The notes: generated from the sequence alone by a model not told the origin. Positions 1-9,052 are shown, numbered from the stretch's first letter. The stretch is DNA of 64,000 bases from an uncultured bacterium (GCA_964578595.1 CAZODP010000005.1:4966-68965), one strand, 5' to 3'. Program-made: numbers and translations.

Positions 1-339
1 AGTATCCCAACTATCAGTGTTCAGCAGTTACAGCAGATCATCCGTGATGCGGATCCTGGCTCCCTACAACTGGTGGATGTGCGAGAGTCTCCAGAGCTGG
101 AGATTTGCCGCTTATCGGATTTTCGGCACTATCCCCTCAGCCAGCATGAGAACTGGAGCCTCCAGATTCCGACTGAGCTGGATCCTAGCCGTCCGGTGTA
201 TGTGATCTGCCACCACGGGATGCGGTCAGCCCAGATGGTGAGCTGGCTCCAACATCAAGGCTATACCCAAGCCACCAATATCAGGGGCGGGATCCATGCC
301 TGGTCGGTTGAGATCGACCCCAGCTTGCCCCAGTATTAA
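1..339 (+). CDS. rhodanese-like domain protein (5' end lies outside the window)
   Basis: Frame 1 is open from nt 1 (SIPTISVQQLQQIIRDADPGSLQLVDVRE...). The ORF-track tail VYVICHHGMRSAQMVSWLQHQGY..NIRGGIHAW is a typical single-domain rhodanese active-site loop and C-terminus. TAA at 337-339. Confidence 0.8.
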   Translation, partial: SIPTISVQQLQQIIRDADPGSLQLVDVRESPELEICRLSDFRHYPLSQHENWSLQIPTELDPSRPVYVICHHGMRSAQMVSWLQHQGYTQATNIRGGIHAWSVEIDPSLPQY

Positions 340-348
340 ACTCGGCCC

Positions 349-372
349 CAGTCTTGAATCCAGTCTTGAATC
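349..372. repeat. exact 12-bp tandem duplication (CAGTCTTGAATC x2)
   Basis: Read directly. It lies just 3' of the rhodanese stop codon. Confidence 0.9.
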
Positions 373-436
373 GGGTTGGGGATTTGCTGAACCCGACTGA
401 ACCTTTTGGCGGGATCCAGCGTCTATTGATTAAGAG

Positions 437-1753
437 ATGTTGCAAAAAAGGGAGCGGTTAAGCATGGGATCCCTGTGGTTCTGGTCTGGCCTATTGACGT
501 CTGGCCTACTGACAGTGAATGCGTTGTGTTTGGGGTGTGGGGGCGGTGGTTCGCTTCCCTCAGCCCAAGCCACCAGCGAGGCCAACGATAGACTTGACTC
601 TCAATCCGCCCCATCTGTGGCTCCACAGCAGGATCCGACCTCCATTGCGCTGGCGGGGGATCCGGGACAATCTGCTGCCCCTGAGGTTAATGATCTGCCC
701 GTGGTCGCCACAGCCACACCATTTGAGGTGGTGACCCTGACCACAGGACTGGTTCATCCTTGGGGGCTGGCCTTTTTGCCGGATGGATCGATGTTGGTGA
801 CCGAGCGACCGGGCCGATTGCGACGGATCAGCCCCACCGGAGCTTTGGATCCTACGCCTGTGGCCGGGGTGCCCACAGTGGTGGCTCAGGGCCAAGGGGG
901 CTTGCTAGATGTGAGGGTGGATCCGGATTTTGACCAAAATCGATGGATCTATCTGACCCAAGCGGCAGCCGGATCCGGTGGGGCCGGTACCCGGGTTATC
1001 CGGGCAGAACTGACGGATCAGGGGCTAGTTAATGTGATGGTGTTGCTGGATATGCCCCGCAAAACCAATGCTGGGGTTCACTTTGGCTCTCGGCTGGCCT
1101 TTGGCTCTGACGGGATGCTGTATGTGGGCACCGGGGATCGAGGTGATCGCAACCGCTCCCAAAATCTGGGGGATCTGGCGGGCAAGGTGTTGCGGATCCA
1201 TCCCGATGGGAGGATCCCGGTGGATAACCCGTTTGTGGATGAGGCAGGTGCTCTGCCGGAGGTCTATTCATGGGGACACCGCAATATCCAAGGCATGGCC
1301 ACTCACCCAGAGACCGGAGAGGTTTGGGCCCACGAGCATGGGCCGCGCGGTGGCGATGAACTGAATCGAATTGAGGCAGGACTCAACTACGGCTGGCCGA
1401 TCATCACCTATGGACTGGAGTATTCAGGGGCAGAAGTGGGAGATGGGAGCAGTCAGAAAGCGGGACTAGAGCAACCGGTGATTCATTGGACACCCTCTGT
1501 CGCCCCATCAGGGATGGCTTTCTATACTGGAGATGTCTTTCCGGAATGGCAGGGCGATCTGTTGGTGGGGGCATTGGCGGGGCAGCATTTGGTCCGACTA
1601 CAGATGGAGGGGGAGCGGGTGATCGGCCACGAGCGGCTATTGGTGCAGCAGGTGGGCCGGATCCGAGATGTGCGGATGGGGCCAGATGGGTTGCTATATG
1701 TGTTGACCGATGACAGTAACGGGACTTTGCTCCGGTTGGAGCCACAGGGATGA
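437..1753 (+). CDS. PQQ-dependent sugar (glucose/sorbosone-type) dehydrogenase, secreted
   Basis: Beta-propeller soluble aldose dehydrogenase motifs: LVHPWGLAFLPDGSMLVTERPGRL, GGLLDV, GHRNIQGMATHPETGEVWAHEHGPRGGDELN, LNYGWP. N-terminal hydrophobic signal. The start could instead be the internal Met at MGSLWF. Confidence 0.8.
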   Translation: MLQKRERLSMGSLWFWSGLLTSGLLTVNALCLGCGGGGSLPSAQATSEANDRLDSQSAPSVAPQQDPTSIALAGDPGQSAAPEVNDLPVVATATPFEVVTLTTGLVHPWGLAFLPDGSMLVTERPGRLRRISPTGALDPTPVAGVPTVVAQGQGGLLDVRVDPDFDQNRWIYLTQAAAGSGGAGTRVIRAELTDQGLVNVMVLLDMPRKTNAGVHFGSRLAFGSDGMLYVGTGDRGDRNRSQNLGDLAGKVLRIHPDGRIPVDNPFVDEAGALPEVYSWGHRNIQGMATHPETGEVWAHEHGPRGGDELNRIEAGLNYGWPIITYGLEYSGAEVGDGSSQKAGLEQPVIHWTPSVAPSGMAFYTGDVFPEWQGDLLVGALAGQHLVRLQMEGERVIGHERLLVQQVGRIRDVRMGPDGLLYVLTDDSNGTLLRLEPQG

Positions 1754-2190
1754 GACCGGATCCGGCTGTGATTTATTATGCAGGCATCGATCCAGGGCAG
1801 GACAAGTGTGGCTTGGCGATTGTGGGATCCGACCGCTATCTGGTTCAGCGAGAGCGGGTGTCATCCAAAGATCTGATCGAGCGACTGGGGATCCTGCTAA
1901 TGGAGTTTTCGGTCAGTAAGCTGATTCTGGGGGATCAGACCCGCTCAGGGTTTTGGCGGCAGCAGATTGAAACCGCCTGTCCGGGCTACGAGATTGTACT
2001 GGTGGATGAGCGATACAGCTCCCAGGAGGCCCGCCACCGCTATTGGGATGATCACCCCCCCCGTGGTTGGGATCGGATCCTGCCTAGGGGGATGCGCACG
2101 CCGCCTCAGCCGATTGATGATATCGTGGCTCAGATATTGGTGGAGCGATATCTCGATACGCGAACTCAAGCCCATGGTCCCCTACCCTGA
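1750..2190 (+). CDS. YqgF/RuvX-like RNase H-fold nuclease (putative)
   Basis: GIDPGQDKCGLAIV ... LILGDQT ... VLVDERYSSQEA ... IDDIVAQILVERYL follows the YqgF family pattern (D..G, DER.(S/T)). The start overlaps the upstream stop (ATGA). Confidence 0.5.
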   Translation: MRPDPAVIYYAGIDPGQDKCGLAIVGSDRYLVQRERVSSKDLIERLGILLMEFSVSKLILGDQTRSGFWRQQIETACPGYEIVLVDERYSSQEARHRYWDDHPPRGWDRILPRGMRTPPQPIDDIVAQILVERYLDTRTQAHGPLP

Positions 2191-3314
2191 TGTCTAGCCC
2201 TACCCCGTTGACAGGATCTGGATCTAGATCCGATGTGCCCCCACCCCTGAGCCGCAGACATCTGCTCCGACAGGGATCCAGGGTGGCTCTGGCCTTGGCG
2301 TTGGGAGGTTTGGGATTGAGCGGCTGTGGGGAACGGCCTGTGCGGGATGCCCCGATTCGGGGGCTACGGCAGATGATGCCCAATAGTCTGATCCAAGCCT
2401 TCCGTCGCGAATACGGCCTGCGGGATCGGCCCACCCTGCTGGAGAGTCGCTCTGATCTATATGCAGCTCTGGCCCAAGACGGATCCCCTCAGCCCGCCCT
2501 GACTCTGCTGGGATCCGATTGGCTGGATCGGGCCATTGGTGCAGACCTGCTGCGCCCCTTTGACCCAGAGCAGTTGCCCGCCGCCTGGAAAGATCTAGAT
2601 CCCCGTTGGCAACAGGCCACCCAGCGACAGGGGCAAATCTGGGGGATCCCGTGGCGTTGGGGAGCCACCGCCATTGCCTACCACCGTCGCCGAGTACCGG
2701 ATCCGATTCAGGACTGGGCCGATCTGTGGCGACCCGAACTGCGCCGCCGCCTGACCCTGCCCGATCATCCCCGCGAGGTGATCAGCTTGGCCCTTCAGTC
2801 TTTGGGCCGCTCCGCCAACAGCCCTCTGGATCCCCAAGACCCCGACCTGCTGAACAGGCTGGGATCCCTGCATCGTCAAGTTTTGAGTTATACCTCCACC
2901 GACTATCAACAGATTTTGAGGATGGGGGCAAGCTGGGTGGCGGTGGGCTGGACAGAGGATCTGTTTGAACTCCAAAAAAGCTACCCCCTCTATCAGGTGG
3001 TGATCCCCACCTCTGGCACTAGCCTCTGGTACGACTGTTGGGTACTGCCTCGTCAAGGTGAACCCGCTGACTGGATCCCCGCTTGGCTAGGTTGGGTGCT
3101 GGATCGAGAGCATACCCCCCGCATTTTGGAGCTGAGTCAGATCGCCAGTGTGGTGCCCCCGGACCCCTCTCAAAATCTGGGTCGGCTAGCAGGACGGCCC
3201 GATCTTGCTCCCCAAACCTTGACCAAGGGAGAACTCTGGGATCCCCTGACCGAAACTCAATCACGGGTGCTACTGACGCTGTGGCGACAGATGCGACAGG
3301 GCGAGCTGATTTAG
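2190..3314 (+). CDS. extracellular solute-binding protein, PotD/polyamine-type (orphan; no permease or ATPase adjacent)
   Basis: Signal or lipoprotein-like N-terminus (ALALALGGLGLSGC). WGIPWRWGATAIAYH and the overall length fit the PotD/PotF family. The start overlaps the upstream stop. Confidence 0.55.
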   Translation: MSSPTPLTGSGSRSDVPPPLSRRHLLRQGSRVALALALGGLGLSGCGERPVRDAPIRGLRQMMPNSLIQAFRREYGLRDRPTLLESRSDLYAALAQDGSPQPALTLLGSDWLDRAIGADLLRPFDPEQLPAAWKDLDPRWQQATQRQGQIWGIPWRWGATAIAYHRRRVPDPIQDWADLWRPELRRRLTLPDHPREVISLALQSLGRSANSPLDPQDPDLLNRLGSLHRQVLSYTSTDYQQILRMGASWVAVGWTEDLFELQKSYPLYQVVIPTSGTSLWYDCWVLPRQGEPADWIPAWLGWVLDREHTPRILELSQIASVVPPDPSQNLGRLAGRPDLAPQTLTKGELWDPLTETQSRVLLTLWRQMRQGELI

Positions 3315-3324
3315 TCGAGCTGAT

Positions 3325-3657
3325 TTAGTCCTGACAGGGCTTGGCTACCTTCCAGGATCCCGCCATCCGGTAGCGAGCCACATACCGCTCCACTGCGGCA
3401 AACTGGGCCACATTGAGGCTGTAGTAGATCCAGCGGCCCTCCTGTCGGCCTCGAATCAGATTGGCATCTCGCAGCACCCGCAGATGAAAAGACAGCTTGG
3501 ATTGGGGGACATCCAGCCGCTCACACAGATCACAGACACAGACCTCCTCACCCCGCAACTGCTCCAACACCCGCAGCCGAATCGGATCCGAGAGGGCACG
3601 AAAGGCAGGCACCATTGCCGTCCACGAGGTCTCCACCAGGAGCGTTTCAGTCATCAC
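3325..3657 (-). CDS. arsR: ArsR/SmtB-family metalloregulator with a CVCDLC metalloid-binding motif
   Basis: ALSDPIRLRVLEQLRGEEVCVCDLCERLDVPQSKLSFHLRVLRDANLI is a winged HTH of the ArsR family and includes the CVCDLC motif of As(III)-sensing ArsR. Confidence 0.85.
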   Translation of the reverse strand: MMTETLLVETSWTAMVPAFRALSDPIRLRVLEQLRGEEVCVCDLCERLDVPQSKLSFHLRVLRDANLIRGRQEGRWIYYSLNVAQFAAVERYVARYRMAGSWKVAKPCQD

Positions 3658-3744
3658 ACAACCAGTCAGAACACGAGTCTAAAAACCATACCCCACAACT
3701 TCTCTCATTTGCCTCAACAGGGATCCCAGTTTATCAATGGGGGA

Positions 3745-4134
3745 CTAAAGGGTCTTGAGATAGCTGATCAAGTCGGCCATTGCCTGAGGATCCGGCTGAA
3801 ACTGGGGCATGGGAGGGGTGTTGCCACTGGTGACTTGCTCAATGATGGAGCGATCAGAACGGCGATTTTGAACCCCGTGCAGGTTTGGCCCCACTCGTCC
3901 GGTGCCTTCTTCCCCATGACAGGCGGCGCAGTTGAGGGCAAACAGAGAGGCCCCGCGCCCTGATTCACCTTGTAATTGCAATACCGCACTCACATACGGA
4001 TCCGGCTGGGTCAGCACTCGGATCCCCAAAAAAACCGCAAGACCTATCACTGCCATAACCACCAACACTTGCAAGCGTTGGATCCAGGGCTGGCTTATCG
4101 TCGAGACAGAGGTAAAAGAAGACGTGTTCTGCAC
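3745..4134 (-). CDS. membrane-anchored c-type monohaem cytochrome
   Basis: One N-terminal TM helix (LQVLVVMAVIGLAVFLGIRVL), the CAACH haem-binding motif (LNCAACHGEEGTG) and a distal GNTPPMPQF Met ligand region. GTG start at 4134. Confidence 0.75.
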   Translation of the reverse strand: MQNTSSFTSVSTISQPWIQRLQVLVVMAVIGLAVFLGIRVLTQPDPYVSAVLQLQGESGRGASLFALNCAACHGEEGTGRVGPNLHGVQNRRSDRSIIEQVTSGNTPPMPQFQPDPQAMADLISYLKTL

Positions 4135-4167
4135 AAAAATCGGGTCTAATGGGTGGAGTCCGAAAAA

Positions 4168-4188
4168 CTGTCAATTAAGCTGTCAATT
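4168..4188. repeat. direct repeat CTGTCAATT-N3-CTGTCAATT upstream of the cytochrome c / arsR unit
   Basis: Read directly. It lies 34-54 nt upstream of the GTG start at 4134 on the minus strand and could be an operator or promoter element. Confidence 0.8.
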
Positions 4189-4320
4189 CAAAAGCTAGAG
4201 TCTGAGCGGTTTGTTTCAAAGGTTTACATTCGTATTTACAAAATAGCCTAGAGCCAGGATCCCATCCAACGCTTTGTTAAGAGTTTTATCTTTGTTTAAG
4301 AATTATCTCGATTATCTCGT

Positions 4321-6027
4321 CTAGGGAGACATTGGCCCCAGCAGATGGTGGAGAGCAAGCGTTTGGGCCTGAGGGGTGGTGGCGTAGAGGTGTAAAAAGG
4401 GGATCCGCTGGGGGGGCAGGATGGAGGCTAAGGATTGGGCTGGGTGGGGATGTCGGTAGAGGACGCAGGCCGCCAAACTCGCCAGGTGATCCTGGAGTAA
4501 ATGGGGCACCACCGGATGAGACTGACCGGATCCACCGATCCATTGGAGGATGATCTGAGGTGCATCCCGAAGTGCTTTTTCGAGCAGGGGTAGGGGGGTG
4601 AGGCTGTCACTGATCAGGGTTGGGATCCCTTTGGCCTGAAAGCGGGCCACCATTGGATCCGCCGACATCGGTCTTTGGGCGTCATCCTCCACCCAGATCC
4701 AATTGAGCCAATCAGGAGCAGGCCGGAGAGGGAGCTGACCACAGGGATCCCCTCCTAGGGACTGGATCAGTAGATGGCGGGCAAAGGCAATCGCATCCGG
4801 CTGAGCCAGACGGGTTTGTAGGGCACGGCTGCCCCGCTGACTGGTCAATAGGGTTGGGACAAGCCGCTCTAGCGAGGATCCGGCCCCCTGACCTCTGGGG
4901 TTACCCAAGAGCAAACTTGACGAGGCCTCAGAGAGGATCCGGCCTGGGTCGGGGGCATCGGCCTCACTGGCAGGTAAGGCGGGCCAGTATTGGCGCAGCA
5001 AACCTCTTGAGCCGGGATGCAGGCGGGCTTTGGTGGCTAGGATCCGCTGAACCGATGAGGCCACCCGTTCGGGGGAGAGCTGGCCTTTATGAACGGCTTG
5101 GGTCAGCCCCTCCACCGCCTGCTCGACCGAATCCACCACCAGCAGATCGGCTCCAGACCGCAAGGCTCTGAGGTGTGACTCTGCTTGAAACATCGGATCT
5201 GGATCCGTCCGGTCGGGGTTGATCTGTGCCAGGGGATCCCGGCGCACATCGGCAATGATCAGGCCCGCCAGCCGATTGCGTACAGAGCCTAGATCCAGGT
5301 TTTCCAGCTCTAGGCCCCCTCCTGAGGCATTCAGAAGTTCTAGCCAGGGGAGCAACATTGGATCCTGAGATGATGGATCCTGAAATGAACGGTGTTGGGG
5401 TGGCCTGACACTGACCCAAACCGCTTCGGTCTCAGCCGCCCGCAGATAAGCCCCTACCCGTGCTGTCACCTGAGCTGGATCTCTACCAAAGCAACCCAGC
5501 CCCCCTTGCCAATCGAGGGATAACCCCCAGAGCCAATTGATGCCAATGGCCTTGGCTTCGCGGGCGGTAAAGGTGCCTAACTGTCCTGCGGCCACTTGAT
5601 CAGAAGGGACTTGGGGAGGATGGGTCGCCTCTCGACTCAGCTCTCCTCGGCTCAGACTTGGGTGGGGATCCCTAGAGCCAGATGGATCAGGTTTGAGATT
5701 CTGGAGACAGCGGGGGGGAGGTAGAGGGGTGGTTCCTGCAAAATTGATTCCCACCGAGGCATCGGCCCCCACCAGTAGCGGCAATACAGCCCAAGACTGA
5801 AGTTGCTGGATCCGTAACATCGCCTCTGGAGCCGGAGCAGATTCGATCCAGACCGCCCCCAGGCCCCAGTGCTGGATCCACTTTTGCAGTTGCCGCACCG
5901 ACGGAAAGGCCGGATCTTGCCCCAGGGATCCAGCCTGGGGAGGCAATAGAGCACCCGGCACCACCTTCACCATCATTTGGGCCAGTTGGTGGGGCAGATC
6001 AAGGGGTTGTCCTGTGGGGGTCGCCAT
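4321..6027 (-). CDS. glycoside hydrolase family 3 N-terminal-domain-like protein (catalytic motifs look degenerate)
   Basis: The order of blocks resembles NagZ/GH3: LAQMMV, LPLLVGADASVG, AKAIGINWLWGLSLD, SGADLLVV, VQRILATKARL. I cannot see the canonical KHFPGHG-type block. Confidence 0.4.
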   Translation of the reverse strand: MATPTGQPLDLPHQLAQMMVKVVPGALLPPQAGSLGQDPAFPSVRQLQKWIQHWGLGAVWIESAPAPEAMLRIQQLQSWAVLPLLVGADASVGINFAGTTPLPPPRCLQNLKPDPSGSRDPHPSLSRGELSREATHPPQVPSDQVAAGQLGTFTAREAKAIGINWLWGLSLDWQGGLGCFGRDPAQVTARVGAYLRAAETEAVWVSVRPPQHRSFQDPSSQDPMLLPWLELLNASGGGLELENLDLGSVRNRLAGLIIADVRRDPLAQINPDRTDPDPMFQAESHLRALRSGADLLVVDSVEQAVEGLTQAVHKGQLSPERVASSVQRILATKARLHPGSRGLLRQYWPALPASEADAPDPGRILSEASSSLLLGNPRGQGAGSSLERLVPTLLTSQRGSRALQTRLAQPDAIAFARHLLIQSLGGDPCGQLPLRPAPDWLNWIWVEDDAQRPMSADPMVARFQAKGIPTLISDSLTPLPLLEKALRDAPQIILQWIGGSGQSHPVVPHLLQDHLASLAACVLYRHPHPAQSLASILPPQRIPFLHLYATTPQAQTLALHHLLGPMSP

Positions 6028-6067
6028 TGGGGGGTGCCATACTAACCGTTGACACTCTAAGTCCGGC

Positions 6068-6793
6068 CTAAATCCGGCGGGTGATGTCTAGCCCATGAGT
6101 ATCGGTGCCACCGGTTTTGTAGAGGCGATGCTCTTGGGCCAGACCCTCGGCCAATCGGGTACGGTCGGGGGTGGGTTCCCAGGGGGAGGGATTTTTGTAA
6201 GCGTAGTAGACTTCAATCCCATCAATGCCTCGACGGGCAGCAGCCCTGACCAGCTCCTCAGCGGAGCGACTATACCGAGACGGATGAGCCAAGACCGCCA
6301 AACCTCCCGCCTGATGCAAAGCCTTGATCACATCAGTGGCCATTGCCCCTGGCACCGCATCCCCCTGTAAGTAGGGATCCAAGACCGGGTGCTGAGGATC
6401 AAAATCGTAGCCGAGAATATGCACATCCACACCGATCAAATCTGCCGTGATCTCGATGCCAGCCCAAAGCTGAGGATCCCCTGGTTCGATCAGGGTTTGC
6501 AACGTTTCAAAGCCTGCTGTGGTGTGGTGATCGGTGAGAGCCAAGCCTTTTAGCCCCAAAGACCGGGCCTGCTTAAGGACTTCGGCGGGTTGCAAAGATC
6601 CGTCTGAATAAACGGTATGGAGATGAAAGTTGTACTGGTAGGGACAGGACTCTACATTCATCCCCTGCCAAGCCTTGAGGAGGGTCTGGCGACGACGGGG
6701 AGCAATAGTGGGCATCTCCAAGCTAGCAACCATAATTTCGCCAACTAAACAACAGGATGAAACCTCAAGTAGGCGGTCGAATTGCAAGCTCAA
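6068..6793 (-). CDS. PHP-domain metal-dependent phosphoesterase (TrpH/YciV-like)
   Basis: NFHLHTVYSDGS...GLKGLALTDHHT...DVHILGY...VLAHP...GIDGIEVYY...TGGTDTHG are the PHP histidine/aspartate motifs. The start is uncertain, with several in-frame Met in the first 45 codons. Confidence 0.8.
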   Translation of the reverse strand: MSLQFDRLLEVSSCCLVGEIMVASLEMPTIAPRRRQTLLKAWQGMNVESCPYQYNFHLHTVYSDGSLQPAEVLKQARSLGLKGLALTDHHTTAGFETLQTLIEPGDPQLWAGIEITADLIGVDVHILGYDFDPQHPVLDPYLQGDAVPGAMATDVIKALHQAGGLAVLAHPSRYSRSAEELVRAAARRGIDGIEVYYAYKNPSPWEPTPDRTRLAEGLAQEHRLYKTGGTDTHGLDITRRI

Positions 6794-7050
6794 AGCCTGC
6801 TCAAGCCTTCATCAATCTGCGATTCAACGATTCAGATTTGATTCAGATCTGTGGGATTTTTAGACCTGAGACAAACTTGGGTTTGTAACAAAATTAAACA
6901 AATCCATCATAGGCTCAGTATGCCCAACCTGCCACCCATACGCTGCTACACGCTGCTGGGTTGAGTCAAACCTGTCTTGGCTGTGTGGGCTGCCGCCATT
7001 GGCAACGGGCTAGGTGACCGCAATCCAGCCTCCTTTAGGGATCCTAAAGA

Positions 7051-7110
7051 TTGGCGGGCCTATTCTTGGCGGGCATACTTTTGGCTTGCATACTGTTGGC
7101 GGGCATAGTC
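7051..7110. repeat. 4 x 15-bp tandem array (TTGGCGGGCATACTT-like) spanning the 3' end and stop of the nucleotidyltransferase gene
   Basis: Units 7051-65, 7066-80, 7081-95 and 7096-7110 differ at 2-5 positions. They encode ..YARQQYASQKYARQE*. Confidence 0.9.
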
Positions 7111-8460
7111 TAGGGCCTCCGTTTGGGTTTGGATCCGACCTGCCGCTTGGGCTTCTCCGACCTCTGTCAGCAACTGCCCCACCTGTGGCCCCGGCGTCAG
7201 ACCCAAAGCCTGCATCAGGATCCGGCCATCCAAGAGCGGCACCGGATGAGCCAAAGCATCCTCAGGATCTTCGTAGTGTATGAGCCAAGGGACGGCAGCC
7301 TCCCAGCTCATGCCCACCCCCAAAGCCAGCAGCACCAATCCTGGCATCAGGGATCCCAGCTTTTGAAACCAGCGATACCGCTCCACTGGGCCAAGATCCG
7401 GGGCCAGATCCAAAAAAATAGGCAGCTCTTCTAGCCACTTGCTGGCCGCTTGCCATTCGGCCCGACTGTAGCGCAATGATGCCAAAATCTCGGTTACATC
7501 AGTGACAGCTATATCAATGACAGCTACATCAGTGACAGGGGAGTCAGCTCCTGACAGCAGCGCGGCCCAGAGCACCATCAAAAAGGTGGGACGTTGATCG
7601 GCTAGGGCACTTTGCAGCGTTTGCCCACAGCGGGGAAAGCCCTGCTCAAGTTTAAGTTTCTGCCTGTGAACCGCTGCTGCTGCTGTGAGACAGAGGGGCA
7701 TCGGCAACCAACTCTGCAACACCCCATCGGCCAGCGCCTGGTGGAGATAGGCCAAACCACGGGATCCCGTCTGTAGCAAGCCGTCCAATTCTGATCTGAC
7801 CCGCTCTGCCGCCACCTGCGAGAGTAGGGATCCCCGCTGCCGAATCGCTTCACGGGTGACAGGCTCAATCTCGAAACCCAACTGAGCTGCCTGTCGATAG
7901 GCCCGTAATAGTCGCAGCGGATCCTCGGTCAAATTATCGGCATCCACCATCCGAATCCGCTGGTTTTGAATATCCTGATGGCCCCCGAATGGGTCGATCC
8001 ACAGCGATGGATCCAACTTATGTAACTGGATCTTTTCTAATTGAATCTGATGTAACTCAAGCTGATGTAATTCGATGGCCATTGCATTGCAGGCAAAATC
8101 CCGCCGAGCCAGATCCGCCTCAATCGAGGATCCCATCTGCAGGGCGATATCCAATGTCCAGGCTTGGCCCACCAGCCGTACAATCCGTCGCTCTGGATCC
8201 AGCACCACAAAACCAGTCCTGAGCTGCCGAGCCAGGGGTTTGGCCCAGATCACCGGATCCTCTGTTGTCACCAGATCAAAATCCTGTTTGCCCTGAGCTT
8301 GTCGTCCCAACAGCAGATCCCGCACGGATCCGCCCACCAGATAGATCGGCTGCGGCAGGGATGCCAGCGCAACCGGCAGAGGGTTGGCCCAATTCCATAG
8401 TGCTGCTGGATACTCCGCGCTCATTCGTCTCCAGGGGTCGAGTATGCCATGACCAGTCAT
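7060..8460 (-). CDS. tRNA nucleotidyltransferase / poly(A) polymerase family protein (CCA-, CC- or A-adding enzyme)
   Basis: Class II nucleotidyltransferase head motifs: YLVGGSVRDLLLGR, DFDLVT, RRDFACNAMAI, RIRMV...EDPLRLLRAYRQAAQLGF. Confidence 0.85.
   Translation of the reverse strand: MTGHGILDPWRRMSAEYPAALWNWANPLPVALASLPQPIYLVGGSVRDLLLGRQAQGKQDFDLVTTEDPVIWAKPLARQLRTGFVVLDPERRIVRLVGQAWTLDIALQMGSSIEADLARRDFACNAMAIELHQLELHQIQLEKIQLHKLDPSLWIDPFGGHQDIQNQRIRMVDADNLTEDPLRLLRAYRQAAQLGFEIEPVTREAIRQRGSLLSQVAAERVRSELDGLLQTGSRGLAYLHQALADGVLQSWLPMPLCLTAAAAVHRQKLKLEQGFPRCGQTLQSALADQRPTFLMVLWAALLSGADSPVTDVAVIDIAVTDVTEILASLRYSRAEWQAASKWLEELPIFLDLAPDLGPVERYRWFQKLGSLMPGLVLLALGVGMSWEAAVPWLIHYEDPEDALAHPVPLLDGRILMQALGLTPGPQVGQLLTEVGEAQAAGRIQTQTEALDYARQQYASQKYARQE
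7495..7539. repeat. 3 x 15-bp in-frame tandem array inside the nucleotidyltransferase gene
   Basis: TACATCAGTGACAGC / TATATCAATGACAGC / TACATCAGTGACAGG. Encodes VTDVAVIDIAVTDV. Confidence 0.9.
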
Positions 8461-8487
8461 TTGATTTTTTGTTGATGTATCTCAGTT

Positions 8488-8519
8488 GATTTATCTCATG
8501 GGTGATCTATCTCATGGGT
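8488..8519. repeat. 2 x 16-bp tandem repeat (GATTTATCTCATGGGT / GATCTATCTCATGGGT), with a degenerate third copy upstream
   Basis: Read directly. It lies in the divergent intergenic region. Confidence 0.85.
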
Positions 8520-9052
8520 CAGCAGCCCTACCACCAGGATCCCGCAACATTCGGCCCAATGGATCAACCTTGCCGAGGGATCCGAAGTAGTACGGTCGGT
8601 ACTGGAGGGATCCTTGGCTTTTAGCTGGATTGGCAAGCTGGGAATTTGCCCTGAGTGGAGGGTGTCGCGGCTGAATTGAAGATCAAGGTGCAGGCCAAGC
8701 TGCGGGTGCTTGCTCTATGAAAGAAAAACGGCGAAAATTGGCGATTTTTAGAGCTATTGAGCGCAATAACGAGATTTTGATCCAAATTAAAGATGACACA
8801 CGAACCACTCAAACCCTGATCCAGACAGGATCCTATTGGCCCGACAGAGAACTGGGTCTGGGCTGGAAATTCCTGCCAAATCTTGACATATCCCGGATAA
8901 AATCGCTAAGTTGGTGATTCTGTGGAAACCGATACGATCCTGGTGTCAGGGATCCCACTGTATCCAACAACCTGTATCCAACGATGCCCGCATAACTCAG
9001 CCCAAATCATCTTTCATCAATCATCTTTTCATCTTTCTGGGGGGGAAAGCTA

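Noticed and set aside
7051-7539. Possibility that the many short direct repeats in the window are CRISPR arrays.
   Set aside because: The units are only 12-16 bp, they are directly adjacent with no spacers, there are at most 4 copies, and most lie in frame within genes. No cas genes are present.
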